Assembly: GCA_002441135.1 (NCBI GenBank)
Contig: DJVJ01000047.1
Location: 49,078-113,077 of the forward strand
DNA: 64,000 nucleotides
Source: Bacillales bacterium UBA6259
Lineage (GTDB): Bacteria; Bacillota; Bacilli; Tepidibacillales; Tepidibacillaceae
Direction of reading: 5' to 3'
Within the stretch, counting starts at the first letter, position 1, and every line of letters starts with the position of its first letter. Below, piece after piece: positions 9,359-18,672 of this stretch. Below the pieces are notes generated by a model, which was given only the letters and a program-made list of their open reading frames with translations, had not been told where the DNA came from and did not search any database. A program made the position numbers and the translations under genes.

Positions 9359-10483
9359 ATGAATCCTGAATTGGGATTTGAAGAAGTTGAGACCTCTAGA
9401 ACAATTGCTGATCAATTAGAAAAAGTGGGTATCGAGGTAAAAAGGAATGTTGCTAAAACAGGGGTCGTAGGACTAATTAAAGGAAAGTATCCAGGTAAAA
9501 CCGTCCTTTTAAGAGCAGATATGGATGCACTATTAATTGAGGAAGAAGCCGACATTCCATATAAATCACAGGTGCCGGGGAAAATGCACGCGTGTGGACA
9601 TGACGGTCATACAGCTGGGTTACTAGGAGCAGCAATGATTCTAAATGAACTAAGGGATGAATTGCACGGCAATGTAAAACTAATTTTTCAACCTGCTGAA
9701 GAAAATCAAGGTGGAGCACTTCCAATGATAGAAGAGGGGGTTTTGGATAATCCTAAGGTGGATGCAGCATTTGCCTGCCATTTATGGGGCTCGATTAAAG
9801 AAGGAACAGTACACGTAAAGCATGGTTATGCGATGGCAGCTCCTGACATTTTCCGATTGAAAGTTATTGGAAAAGGAGGACATGCGGCGATGCCCCATCT
9901 TACCGTTGATCCGATTATGATTTCAATGCAAGTAATGAATAGTATGCAAATGATTATTAGTCGTAAAGTGAATCCATTACAGCCAGCAGTGCTATCATTT
10001 ACTTCTATACATGGCGGAACAACCCATAATGTAATTCCAAATGAAGTGGAGATTATGGGCACCATTCGCAGCTTTGATAAAGAATTAAGGGAATGGATCC
10101 CTCAAACGATGGAAAATGTATTAAAGGGAATTACAGAATCGCAGGGAGCTTCCTATCAATTTGAATTGATTAAGAGATATCCTCCTTTGTTTAATAATCA
10201 TGAAATGACTGATTTGGTAAGTAATTCTGTTGCTAAAATTATAGGTGAAGAAAATGTCTTAGAGGCTCCAGAAGCAAATATGGGAGGAGAAGATTTCGCA
10301 TACTTTGCTGAGCGAGTGCCCTCCTCCTTCTATTTTGTAGGGATTGCCCCTAATGCTGAAGAAGCGGTATCTCATCATCATCCTAAGTTTGCTTGGGATG
10401 ATAAAAATCTTTTAATTGTTTCACAAACCTTAGCTCAGATTGCTTTTGATTCTTTAACAAAGGAAACGGATGATCTGTTGTAA
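9359..10483 (+). CDS. M20D-family amidohydrolase (N-acyl-amino-acid amidohydrolase / hippurate hydrolase type); true start probably upstream at a non-ATG codon
   Basis: MHACGHDGH, FQPAEE and GGEDF metal-site motifs. The frame stays open back to 9278 and encodes a homologue-like N-terminus (KIIELSQKYYKRIVELRHQVH), but there is no ATG/GTG/TTG in that stretch. Confidence 0.85.
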   Translation: MNPELGFEEVETSRTIADQLEKVGIEVKRNVAKTGVVGLIKGKYPGKTVLLRADMDALLIEEEADIPYKSQVPGKMHACGHDGHTAGLLGAAMILNELRDELHGNVKLIFQPAEENQGGALPMIEEGVLDNPKVDAAFACHLWGSIKEGTVHVKHGYAMAAPDIFRLKVIGKGGHAAMPHLTVDPIMISMQVMNSMQMIISRKVNPLQPAVLSFTSIHGGTTHNVIPNEVEIMGTIRSFDKELREWIPQTMENVLKGITESQGASYQFELIKRYPPLFNNHEMTDLVSNSVAKIIGEENVLEAPEANMGGEDFAYFAERVPSSFYFVGIAPNAEEAVSHHHPKFAWDDKNLLIVSQTLAQIAFDSLTKETDDLL

Positions 10484-10581
10484 TTGTCCTTTAAAAACAA
10501 AGATGCAAATTGGATATACGTCTAGTACGGATATCTCCATAGAACATATAATGAAGCATATAAATGAGGAGGTGAGTCGTG

Positions 10582-10695
10582 ATGAGTGGTAGCAAATATT
10601 ATTACGGTTACAGAACCTTACTTCTATTTATCCTTCTTATCATTATATTCTTCTGGTTCATTGGCTATGGATTTGTAGGTGGTTTACCAGGCTAG
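10582..10695 (+). CDS. Small hydrophobic peptide, YjcZ-like sporulation protein family (37 aa, not in ORF track)
   Basis: GAGGAGGTGA RBS, then ATG. Translation is MSGSKYYYGYRTLLLFILLIIIFFWFIGYGFVGGLPG. A strong terminator follows directly. Confidence 0.6.
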   Translation: MSGSKYYYGYRTLLLFILLIIIFFWFIGYGFVGGLPG

Positions 10696-10718
10696 AGGTC
10701 ATTAAAGAAGGCTGAAAA

Positions 10719-10747
10719 ACCCTGCATTTTTGCAGGGTAATTTTTTT
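10719..10747 (+). terminator. Intrinsic terminator after the small peptide gene
   Basis: ACCCTGCA-TTTT-TGCAGGGT hairpin followed by AATTTTTTT. Confidence 0.8.
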
Positions 10748-10971
10748 ATACTAAGAGCAGCTATCAACATCAAGCCAATTTTCTAAGATAATTGGGCCAG
10801 ATACACCAGTATTAGAATTAGATGGAATAATGAGATTTATTAACGATAGTTAATTCGATATAATATCATATGTAGCAAAAGCTAAATTGCTAGGCAAAAT
10901 TCTAACTAAAAGAACCCCCAAATTAAGCTAAATAATTGAAGATAAGATAACTGTTAAAAGTGGAGGAAAAA

Positions 10972-11907
10972 ATGACAAAACATATACGGTTGGAAGTAGC
11001 GGTAGAGGCAGATGCAGAACAAATGAGAGATTTGATGATTGCAGTAGAAAGAGATGAAACAGAAAAATGGTTTGACCATGGTGAAAGACCATTTATCCCA
11101 GGATGTGCTTCAATTGATATGCAAAAATATCACATGTGGGATGAAAAATATTACAAAATAATCTCTGAAGAAAGTTTGGCTGGCGTTTTATTGATATCTC
11201 ATACGGGTAGAGAACATGCCAGAATTGATCGTTTGTACATCAATCCAAGCTTTCAAAATAAGGGAATAGGTGCAAAGGCATTAGAGCTCATTGAACTAAT
11301 GTATCCAATGGTCAAAATATGGACTTTAGATACTATTCAAAAAAGCACTAGAAATCATTACTTCTATGAGAAATATGGGTATGAGAAAATAGGAGAAGAT
11401 GAAAATGAGAGATATTATCGTAAAACGATAGATGATCTAAATATCGAAGCTCCCGGTTATCATCTAGGAAAAGATTATAGTCATCATAATTATCGTTATT
11501 GCGATATGCAATATATTGATGTTTATGATGTGAATATGGGAAACTCAAGATTTACGAATATGAATATAGAGAATTCAATCTACCAAAACTCAAATCTATC
11601 GCGATCACGATTTACTAATATTAATATGAGCAAAAGTGTTATAGGCGATGCTAATCTGAATAAGATAGAAATATGCCATGTTTCATTGGCTAATGCTTAC
11701 ATACATGATACCAATTTAGGCTTTCAAGAAACAAAAATGCCATTAACAATAAAACGCTGTGAGTTAATGGAAAGTAAAATTATAGATTCAAACCTACAAG
11801 GTTTATCCATTAACAATTGTAATCTTGAGGGAATGACGATTGATGGAATATTAGTTACCGATCTTCTAAAGGCATATGGTAGGGCTAATAAATCGATAGA
11901 AAAGTAA
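10972..11907 (+). CDS. GNAT acetyltransferase domain fused to a C-terminal pentapeptide-repeat domain
   Basis: N-terminal half has the GNAT motif (INPSFQNKGIGAKALE ... YEKYGYEKIG). The C-terminal ~120 aa is a run of A(D/N)LxX-type pentapeptides (NSRFTNMNIENSIYQNSNLSRSRFTNINMSKSVIGDANL...). GGAGGA RBS before ATG 10972. Confidence 0.75.
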   Translation: MTKHIRLEVAVEADAEQMRDLMIAVERDETEKWFDHGERPFIPGCASIDMQKYHMWDEKYYKIISEESLAGVLLISHTGREHARIDRLYINPSFQNKGIGAKALELIELMYPMVKIWTLDTIQKSTRNHYFYEKYGYEKIGEDENERYYRKTIDDLNIEAPGYHLGKDYSHHNYRYCDMQYIDVYDVNMGNSRFTNMNIENSIYQNSNLSRSRFTNINMSKSVIGDANLNKIEICHVSLANAYIHDTNLGFQETKMPLTIKRCELMESKIIDSNLQGLSINNCNLEGMTIDGILVTDLLKAYGRANKSIEK

Positions 11908-12011
11908 TATTTAAAAAGAATTTGGAAATGATAGAATTATGTTGTATGGTTTAGTAGTTTAAAGTTTTGTCTTTTAGACGTAATATTGAAATGGATGGAG
12001 GAGCTTAAAGT

Positions 12012-12422
12012 ATGGGTGTATTAAACGAATTTAAAAAATTCGCCTTAAAAGGAAATGTTGTTGATTTAGCAATAGGTGTAATTATTGGTGGCGCTTTTGG
12101 GAAAATTGTTACTTCTCTTGTGAATGATATCATTATGCCAATTCTAGGACTTATTATTGGTAAAGTTAATTTTAAAGATTTAAAATGGATTATAGAAGAA
12201 GCGGATGAGAGTCTTGGTCTTGCGGAGTTAGCCATTAATTATGGTCAATTTTTGCAAACGCTGATTGATTTTATCATTATTGCGTTTTCTATTTTTATGG
12301 TTGTGAAACTATTAAATAAATTGAAGAAAAAGCAAGAGGAAAAACCAGCATCCCCACCAGTACCTTCGAATGAAGAGAAACTATTAACCGAAATTAGAGA
12401 TATATTAAAGAGTAAAAAATAA
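12012..12422 (+). CDS. mscL: Large-conductance mechanosensitive channel MscL
   Basis: 136 aa. N-terminus [37 protein letters not shown] is the canonical MscL TM1 signature. Confidence 0.95.
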   Translation: MGVLNEFKKFALKGNVVDLAIGVIIGGAFGKIVTSLVNDIIMPILGLIIGKVNFKDLKWIIEEADESLGLAELAINYGQFLQTLIDFIIIAFSIFMVVKLLNKLKKKQEEKPASPPVPSNEEKLLTEIRDILKSKK

Positions 12423-12462
12423 AAAATAAAAAATAAAAAATAACCGCGATAAATATATGTAG

Positions 12463-12499
12463 AAGCACCGAGTTTATATAAGCTCGGTGCTTTATTTTT
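12463..12499. terminator. Hairpin terminator shared by convergent mscL and the 113-aa ORF
   Basis: GCACCGAG ... CTCGGTGC stem followed by TTTATTTTT on the + strand. Confidence 0.7.
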
Positions 12500-12525
12500 G
12501 CTATGTTTTGTTCCAATCAAATATT

Positions 12526-12867
12526 CTACTTACCATCTACTTCTCTTAATATCTTCAAAGTTCTTAAGTTTTGGTTCCACTCTACCCAATACCTTTTTCC
12601 ACTTCTCAACTTAAAAAACTCTAAAGCACTTTCTGTCAATCGTATAATGTTTCCGAAGGGAAATTCTAAAGAATGAAGAGTACCATCCATTAAAACGTTC
12701 TTATCTCCAACAACAAAATGAATATTAGAAATTTGACCAGTAGTTACTAATTCAGAGATTTTAAGATTATCGGCTGCTGTTGCGTCGATATACAATGTTC
12801 TATTAGGACGATCAACGTCAGGAAATGGAGGGTCTAGTCTCAAAATCTGTACTATTAATTTAGCCAT
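12526..12867 (-). CDS. Hypothetical protein (113 aa), no family recognised
   Basis: Clean ORF with a GAGGTGAA RBS. Codon usage is like its neighbours. No motif recognised. Confidence 0.5.
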   Translation of the reverse strand: MAKLIVQILRLDPPFPDVDRPNRTLYIDATAADNLKISELVTTGQISNIHFVVGDKNVLMDGTLHSLEFPFGNIIRLTESALEFFKLRSGKRYWVEWNQNLRTLKILREVDGK

Positions 12868-13116
12868 TTTTTCACCTCATTTCCTTATAAAGCGTTACGT
12901 TATAGTATGTTTTTTTTAGATTAAAAGTTACCCTGCAAACCTAAGGCAGTTGTACTAAATTATTACGAAATTTAAAAATTGTACATTCATCCGATATGAT
13001 ATAATTATTCTGGAAATTATTTCTATCATAATACATAATCTTCCTATATTTACTTCATACTAAATTATTGTTTGTTGATTTTAACTAGATGTATATCCAC
13101 TGAAAGGAGCGGCAAT

Positions 13117-15468
13117 ATGGGAATCGACGAAAAAGAATGGCGAGAAGAACAAAACCGAGTTGAATATGTGATTGGTCAAATTAAAAAAAGACTAGTCTCG
13201 CTTGGCGAGCAAATCACAGAGACAAAAAAGGAAATTGTCGAGATCCGAAAAAACTTTTGGGAGGATGTTAGAGTTAATTTTGAAGATTCAGTAGAGGCTG
13301 CAGATACCTATGCGAGTATAAAGCAACAATCTGAAGTTTTGGGGGAAAGAGAACGAAGACACAGACAGGATCAAAATCAAATCACGAATTTACAACGATT
13401 AAAAGACTCCCCGTATTTTGGGCGAATTGATTTCATTGAAGAAGATGAAAGGGAAACAGACAAAGTTTATCTAGGAACTGCTAGCTTTCTTGATGAAGAT
13501 GGGGAAACCTTTCTTGTCTATGATTGGCGAGCGCCTATTTCTAGCCTTTATTATGATTATCCACCAGGTCCAGCTGAATTTAAGACACCAGTTGGCTTAA
13601 TAAAGGGGGAAATAAAACTAAAGCGTCAATTTATAGTTCGGGATAGTAAGATGATCTCTGTTTTTGATACTGGTGTTACTATTGGCGATGAGTTGTTGCA
13701 AACCGTGTTAGGTAAACAATCGGATATGCAAATGAAAAGCATTGTAGCCACGATCCAAAAAGAGCAGAATCAAATTATTCGAAATGAACGTAGTAAGCTA
13801 TTAGTGGTATTAGGAGCAGCAGGAAGCGGTAAAACATCCGCAGCCCTTCAACGAGTGGCATATCTACTTTATCGTTATCGAGAAATATTAAGTGCAGAGC
13901 AAATCATTCTTTTCTCCCCAAATCAAATGTTTAATAGCTATATTTCTACAGTCTTGCCTGAATTAGGAGAACAGAATATGCAACAGACCACCTTCCAAGA
14001 ATATTTGGAAGCACGATTAAAAGGACAGTTTAAAGTGGAGGATTCTTATGCCCAAATGGAGTACCTTTTAACCTCGGAAAATGACTATGCCTATCCGGTT
14101 AGGAGAGAGGGAATTTTATTTAAATCCTCTGGACAGTTTATGAAGGTGATGGAGCGCTATATTGATTCATTAGCTGCAAGTGGGATGAAATTTAAGGATA
14201 TTCGTTTTAAAGAAAGAATTATTTTTACGGGTAGGCAAATTAAAGAGAAGTTTTATTCCTTTGACTCTTCAATCCGTATTCCGAATCGATTACAGTTAGT
14301 GAAGAGCTGGCTTTTAGATGAGCTAAAGCAATTTGCGAAAATAGAGCGTAATGAAGCATGGGTTGAGGAGGAAACACAGTATTTAGATAATGAAGCTTAT
14401 TTAAGATCTTACCAACAATCCATAGGGAAAAGTAGAGGAAAGGTTGGATTTGGTGAAGTTCAGAAAGAGCATGAAATCTTAGCAGATATGGTAATGAATA
14501 AGCATTTAAAACCAGTGAGGGCGTATATTAAACGTCTTGGTTTTGTTAACAATCCTGACTTATATCGTCAACTATTTAATTATCCAGAGAAAATTCTTGG
14601 GTTTTTATCAGAGGAGGAAGAGGTCCCTACATATCTGCGTGAAATTTGTACTTATACATTGGAAAAATTAGATAAGTCAGAGTTAACCTATGAAGATGCT
14701 ACACCATTTTTGTACCTGAAGGATCGAATTGAAGGGTTTAAAACCAACACAATAATTCGCTATGTATTTATTGATGAGGCGCAGGATTATTCTCCATTTC
14801 AATTTGCTTTTATTCGCCAGCTTTTCCCTTTTAGCAAAATGACTGTTTTGGGGGATTTAAATCAAGCTATTTACTTGCATTCTATCGATAATACTGCCTT
14901 GAGCTTCTTGCAGTCTTTATATCCAGAAAATGAAACGGAGACCATCATATTAAATCGGAGTTACCGTTCGACTAAACCAATTATAGAATTTACTAGAGGA
15001 ATGATTGTAGGAGGAGAGCTAATTGAGGCCTTTAATCGAGATGGAGTCAAGCCGACGATTCGAAAGGTGAGAACCGAAGAAGAGGTCTATTCACAAATGA
15101 TTGGGTTACTTCAATCTCTAGTAGAAAACGGGCATCAAACAATTGCGGTCATCTGTAAAACTGCAAAAGAAAGTATAGAAGTATATGAAAAGTTGAAGGA
15201 ACAAGTAGCTTTAACCCTTATTTCCAAGGAAACACTTTCCTTTAAAAAAGGAATTTATGTTATTCCTTCTTATTTGGCCAAGGGGTTAGAATTTGATGCG
15301 GTTATTATCTCTGATGCCTCTAAAGAACAATATTTTAAAGAAAGTGAACGAAAGCTTTTTTATACCGCATGTACTAGAGCTATGCATGAGCTTCATCTTT
15401 ATTCTGTGGGGGAGATTACTCCATTTCTTGATGGAGTTTCTGAAAATGCTTACAAAATAGTAGAATAA
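13117..15468 (+). CDS. helD: RNA polymerase recycling motor ATPase HelD (helicase IV-like)
   Basis: Long stretches match recalled B. subtilis HelD (SPYFGRIDF, YDWRAPISSLYY, IVATIQKEQNQIIRNE, GAAGSGKTSAALQR). AAGGAG RBS before ATG 13117. Confidence 0.9.
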   Translation: MGIDEKEWREEQNRVEYVIGQIKKRLVSLGEQITETKKEIVEIRKNFWEDVRVNFEDSVEAADTYASIKQQSEVLGERERRHRQDQNQITNLQRLKDSPYFGRIDFIEEDERETDKVYLGTASFLDEDGETFLVYDWRAPISSLYYDYPPGPAEFKTPVGLIKGEIKLKRQFIVRDSKMISVFDTGVTIGDELLQTVLGKQSDMQMKSIVATIQKEQNQIIRNERSKLLVVLGAAGSGKTSAALQRVAYLLYRYREILSAEQIILFSPNQMFNSYISTVLPELGEQNMQQTTFQEYLEARLKGQFKVEDSYAQMEYLLTSENDYAYPVRREGILFKSSGQFMKVMERYIDSLAASGMKFKDIRFKERIIFTGRQIKEKFYSFDSSIRIPNRLQLVKSWLLDELKQFAKIERNEAWVEEETQYLDNEAYLRSYQQSIGKSRGKVGFGEVQKEHEILADMVMNKHLKPVRAYIKRLGFVNNPDLYRQLFNYPEKILGFLSEEEEVPTYLREICTYTLEKLDKSELTYEDATPFLYLKDRIEGFKTNTIIRYVFIDEAQDYSPFQFAFIRQLFPFSKMTVLGDLNQAIYLHSIDNTALSFLQSLYPENETETIILNRSYRSTKPIIEFTRGMIVGGELIEAFNRDGVKPTIRKVRTEEEVYSQMIGLLQSLVENGHQTIAVICKTAKESIEVYEKLKEQVALTLISKETLSFKKGIYVIPSYLAKGLEFDAVIISDASKEQYFKESERKLFYTACTRAMHELHLYSVGEITPFLDGVSENAYKIVE

Positions 15469-15505
15469 GCGTACTTATTAGAAATATAATTATTTGATAT
15501 AGTTT

Positions 15506-15539
15506 GGAGACTTAAATTGTAGTCTCCGTTTATTTTTTT
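15506..15539 (+). terminator. Intrinsic terminator after helD
   Basis: GGAGACT ... AGTCTCC stem followed by GTTTATTTTTTT. Confidence 0.8.
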
Positions 15540-15646
15540 ACAATAAATAAGGCAAAGTATTATGGCTACTATATGAAAAGAAGGTTATACTTTTAAAAGG
15601 ATTATTATAAAGACAATGCTTATCAAAATGAATGTAGGTGAAATAA

Positions 15647-16585
15647 ATGAAGGTAGAGAAAAAAGGGGAATGGATGGAATTAGTCATACCGGAAGACTGG
15701 GCAGGTCTATCCATTGAATATATTTTAAAAGAGATATGGAAAACCCCAAAAGGATTGCTACATCAATTGCGAATGGAGAAAGGAGTAAAGGTGAATGGAG
15801 AGCTTCTCCCATGGTCTAAAGAAATGCAGGATGGAGAGCGATTACAGGTTCATCTTTTCCCAAAGGAAGAATATGGTGTAATTCCTAATTATCATGATGT
15901 TGATATTTTATATGAGGATGATCATCTTCTTATCGTCAATAAACCAGCAGGAATTGAAATGCATCCTGCACATGAGGGCCAAACCGATACAATGGCCAAT
16001 GCACTAGCCTTCTATTTTCAAGCCAACGGAATTGAAACGAAGATAAGGCATATTCATCGTTTAGATAAGGATACAACAGGAGCTGTTTTATATGCCAAAA
16101 ATGCTTTAGCAGGTAGTATCATGGATCGTTTATTAGAGAGACGTTTGATTAAAAGAACGTATGTAGCCCTTGTCCATGGACATTTAAAAAACAAAAAAGG
16201 GAAAATTACAGATCCTATTGGTAAAGACCGTCATCATCCAACTAAGAGGAGAGTTTCCCCAACAGGTCAAGAAGCAATTACATATTATGAGGTACTTCAA
16301 TATAATCCAAAACAAAATACTACCCTTGTAAAATTACAGCTACAAACAGGAAGAACACATCAAATTCGTGTTCATATGGGGCATTTAGGCCATCCAATTG
16401 TCGGGGACAGCTTATATGGGGAATGGGAAATGAGACATCTTGATAGCAAATTTGCAAGACCAGCACTTCATGCGGCAATGCTTTCATTGCCACACCCAAT
16501 TATTCCTGATGAGATAAAAGTAGTAGCACCATTTTTAGATCAGCCAGCGATTTTTGATTTTGATTTGGCAAAGCTTAAGGGTTAA
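15647..16585 (+). CDS. RluA-family pseudouridine synthase
   Basis: LLIVNKPAG and the catalytic HRLDKDTTGAVL motif, plus TGRTHQIRVH. Confidence 0.85.
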   Translation: MKVEKKGEWMELVIPEDWAGLSIEYILKEIWKTPKGLLHQLRMEKGVKVNGELLPWSKEMQDGERLQVHLFPKEEYGVIPNYHDVDILYEDDHLLIVNKPAGIEMHPAHEGQTDTMANALAFYFQANGIETKIRHIHRLDKDTTGAVLYAKNALAGSIMDRLLERRLIKRTYVALVHGHLKNKKGKITDPIGKDRHHPTKRRVSPTGQEAITYYEVLQYNPKQNTTLVKLQLQTGRTHQIRVHMGHLGHPIVGDSLYGEWEMRHLDSKFARPALHAAMLSLPHPIIPDEIKVVAPFLDQPAIFDFDLAKLKG

Positions 16586-16595
16586 GAATGTATTG

Positions 16596-16624
16596 TTGAC
16601 AGAATTATTATGTTATTGTAGATT
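16596..16624 (+). promoter_or_regulatory. Putative sigma-A promoter for the L-box leader
   Basis: TTGACA (16596-16601), 17-nt spacer, TAGATT (16619-16624). Confidence 0.5.
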
Positions 16625-16664
16625 TAATATATAACTTAATATTTTAACCTCACTTTTTTATTGT

Positions 16665-16840
16665 GAGGTAGAGGCGCGGTATTTAACAGTCATTAGTGGA
16701 GCTTGAGAGGCTTTGATACTAACGAGAAGGAAATATCGCCGAAGCTTGTAATATACTCAGTATTACTTGCTGGGTCTACAGTTAAGAGCTGTAGGACTGT
16801 CTCAATGAACTACCCGGTTTATTGAGTTGTGCTATCTCAT
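16665..16840 (+). promoter_or_regulatory. Lysine riboswitch (L-box) aptamer
   Basis: GGTAGAGGCGCG, GGAG, TCGCCGAAGC, TGCTGG and GGACTGTC blocks occur in the order and spacing of the B. subtilis lysC L-box. The P1 3' strand CTATCTC pairs with 5' GAGGTAG. Confidence 0.85.
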
Positions 16841-16882
16841 ATGGGAAAAAGATGGGGAATTTAGGCGATTTTTGTATATCAT

Positions 16883-16913
16883 GACCTGAGTTTTCAAACT
16901 CAGGTCTTTTTTT
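16883..16913 (+). terminator. L-box expression-platform terminator
   Basis: GACCTGAG-TTTTCAAA-CTCAGGTC hairpin followed by T7. Confidence 0.85.
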
Positions 16914-16995
16914 ATCTATAGGTAATAAAAATTAATAGACATACCTATAGAAAGAGAGAGCAAAACAAAGATAACTTGATGGAGGAGGAAGTATT

Positions 16996-17811
16996 ATGAA
17001 AAAAAGGTTGGCTATTTTAATTTCTTTAACTCTAATGGTGATGATGCTGTTAGCGGGGTGTGGATCAGAAAAAGATGGGGGAACATTTAAAGTTGGTCTT
17101 GAGGCGGGGTATGCACCGTTTAACTGGACTCAAATGGATGATTCTAATGGGGCTGTTAAAATTGAAGGCTCTTCCGAGTATGCTGGCGGGTATGATGTGG
17201 AAATTGCAAAAAAAATCGCTGAAGGTTTAGGAAAAGAACTTGTAATTGTTAAAACAGAATGGGATGGTCTTGTTCCAGCATTGGTTTCAGGAAAAATTGA
17301 TGCGATTATCGCTGGTATGTCCCCAACTGCAGAACGAAAGGAAACTATCGATTTCTCTGACAACTATTATAAATCTGATTTAGTAATGGTAGTAAAGAGC
17401 GGTAGCAAATATGAGAATGCAACTTCTATTCAAGATTTTAAAGGAGCAAAAGTAACCGCTCAATTAAATACCTTCCACTATTCAGTGATTGAGCAGATTG
17501 AAGGAGTAGATTTGCAGTTACCAATGGACAATTTCCCTGCGATGAGAGTTGCTCTTGAATCAGGAATTATTGATGGCTATGTTTCCGAGCGTCCAGAGGG
17601 TGTAAGTGCACAATCTGCTAACTCAAACTTTAAAATGGTAGAGTTTAAAGAGGGATTTGTAACTTCTGATGACGATACCGCAATTGCAGTTGGTCTAGCA
17701 AAAGGTAGTGACTTAACTGAAAAAATTAATGAAGTATTAGCAGGAGTCTCAGAAGAAGATCGAATCACCATTATGGAAACTGCTATTAAGAATCAACCAG
17801 CAGCTGAATAG
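16996..17811 (+). CDS. Amino-acid ABC transporter substrate-binding lipoprotein (family 3 SBP)
   Basis: Lipobox LLAGC. GYAPFNW ... WDGLVPALVSGKIDAIIAGMS is typical of polar amino-acid binding proteins. Confidence 0.85.
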   Translation: MKKRLAILISLTLMVMMLLAGCGSEKDGGTFKVGLEAGYAPFNWTQMDDSNGAVKIEGSSEYAGGYDVEIAKKIAEGLGKELVIVKTEWDGLVPALVSGKIDAIIAGMSPTAERKETIDFSDNYYKSDLVMVVKSGSKYENATSIQDFKGAKVTAQLNTFHYSVIEQIEGVDLQLPMDNFPAMRVALESGIIDGYVSERPEGVSAQSANSNFKMVEFKEGFVTSDDDTAIAVGLAKGSDLTEKINEVLAGVSEEDRITIMETAIKNQPAAE

Positions 17812-17826
17812 ATTTATTTTTATTGA

Positions 17827-17860
17827 GAAACCGAGTGCAGTTTAGAAGGCATTCGGTTTC
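17827..17860 (+). other. Intercistronic hairpin between the SBP and permease genes
   Basis: 12-bp stem GAAACCGAGTGC / GCATTCGGTTTC (one G-U pair). No U-tract, so it is probably a stabiliser or partial attenuator rather than a full terminator. Confidence 0.45.
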
Positions 17861-17885
17861 CCGAATTTAAAGGAGGTACATCAAG

Positions 17886-18656
17886 ATGAGTCTTGAATGG
17901 ATTGTAAAGATTGTTTTAGAGTATTGGCCAATGTTCCTTCGCGGAGCAGGAATAACTCTATTAATATCTATTACTGGTACTATTATTGGCTTTATTATTG
18001 GTCTTATCGTAAGTGTAATTCGTACGATTCCAATGCCTTCACGAGGGCCAAAAAAAATAGTCTTGAAGGTTATAAATACATTTTTATCGGTTTACATCGA
18101 AGTATTTCGTGGAACACCAATGATTGTTCAGGCTATGGTTATTTTTTATGGTGCTGCATTGTTTTATGGGATTCAGATGGATCGGATACTTGCGGGGATT
18201 CTAATTGTGTCCATTAATACTGGCGCCTATATGTCGGAGATTATAAGAGGTGGAATTGTTTCTATTGATAAAGGTCAATATGAGGCAGCTGAAGCGATAG
18301 GAATGAATCATTTTCAAACGATGGTTAATGTTGTATTACCACAAGCAATTCGTAATATCTTGCCAGCAACAGGAAATGAATTTGTCATTAATATTAAAGA
18401 CACCGCAGTACTAAATGTGATTTCAGTATCTGAATTATTTTTTGCAACCAAGTCGGTAGTGGGTAATAATTTTAGATTTTTTGAAGCATTTCTTGTAACA
18501 AGTATCATTTACTTTATAATGACATTTTCCGTAACTAGAATTTTACGTTATATTGAGCGAAAAATGGATGGGCCAGATAACTATATTATGTATGCGAACC
18601 AAATGCAGGTAGAAACACCAGAGGATATGTTACGAAGAACCAAACAGAATTTCTAA
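17886..18656 (+). CDS. Amino-acid ABC transporter permease (HisM/GlnP type)
   Basis: 256-aa membrane ORF with an EAA-loop-like segment [28 protein letters not shown]. Confidence 0.85.
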   Translation: MSLEWIVKIVLEYWPMFLRGAGITLLISITGTIIGFIIGLIVSVIRTIPMPSRGPKKIVLKVINTFLSVYIEVFRGTPMIVQAMVIFYGAALFYGIQMDRILAGILIVSINTGAYMSEIIRGGIVSIDKGQYEAAEAIGMNHFQTMVNVVLPQAIRNILPATGNEFVINIKDTAVLNVISVSELFFATKSVVGNNFRFFEAFLVTSIIYFIMTFSVTRILRYIERKMDGPDNYIMYANQMQVETPEDMLRRTKQNF

Positions 18657-18672
18657 TAGGGAAGGAGGCTAT

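Noticed and set aside
12413-12443. (TAAAAAA)x4 heptamer repeat at the mscL stop, giving TAA in all three frames.
   Set aside because: A low-complexity A-rich tract is expected in an AT-rich genome next to a terminator. No evidence of function beyond a redundant stop.
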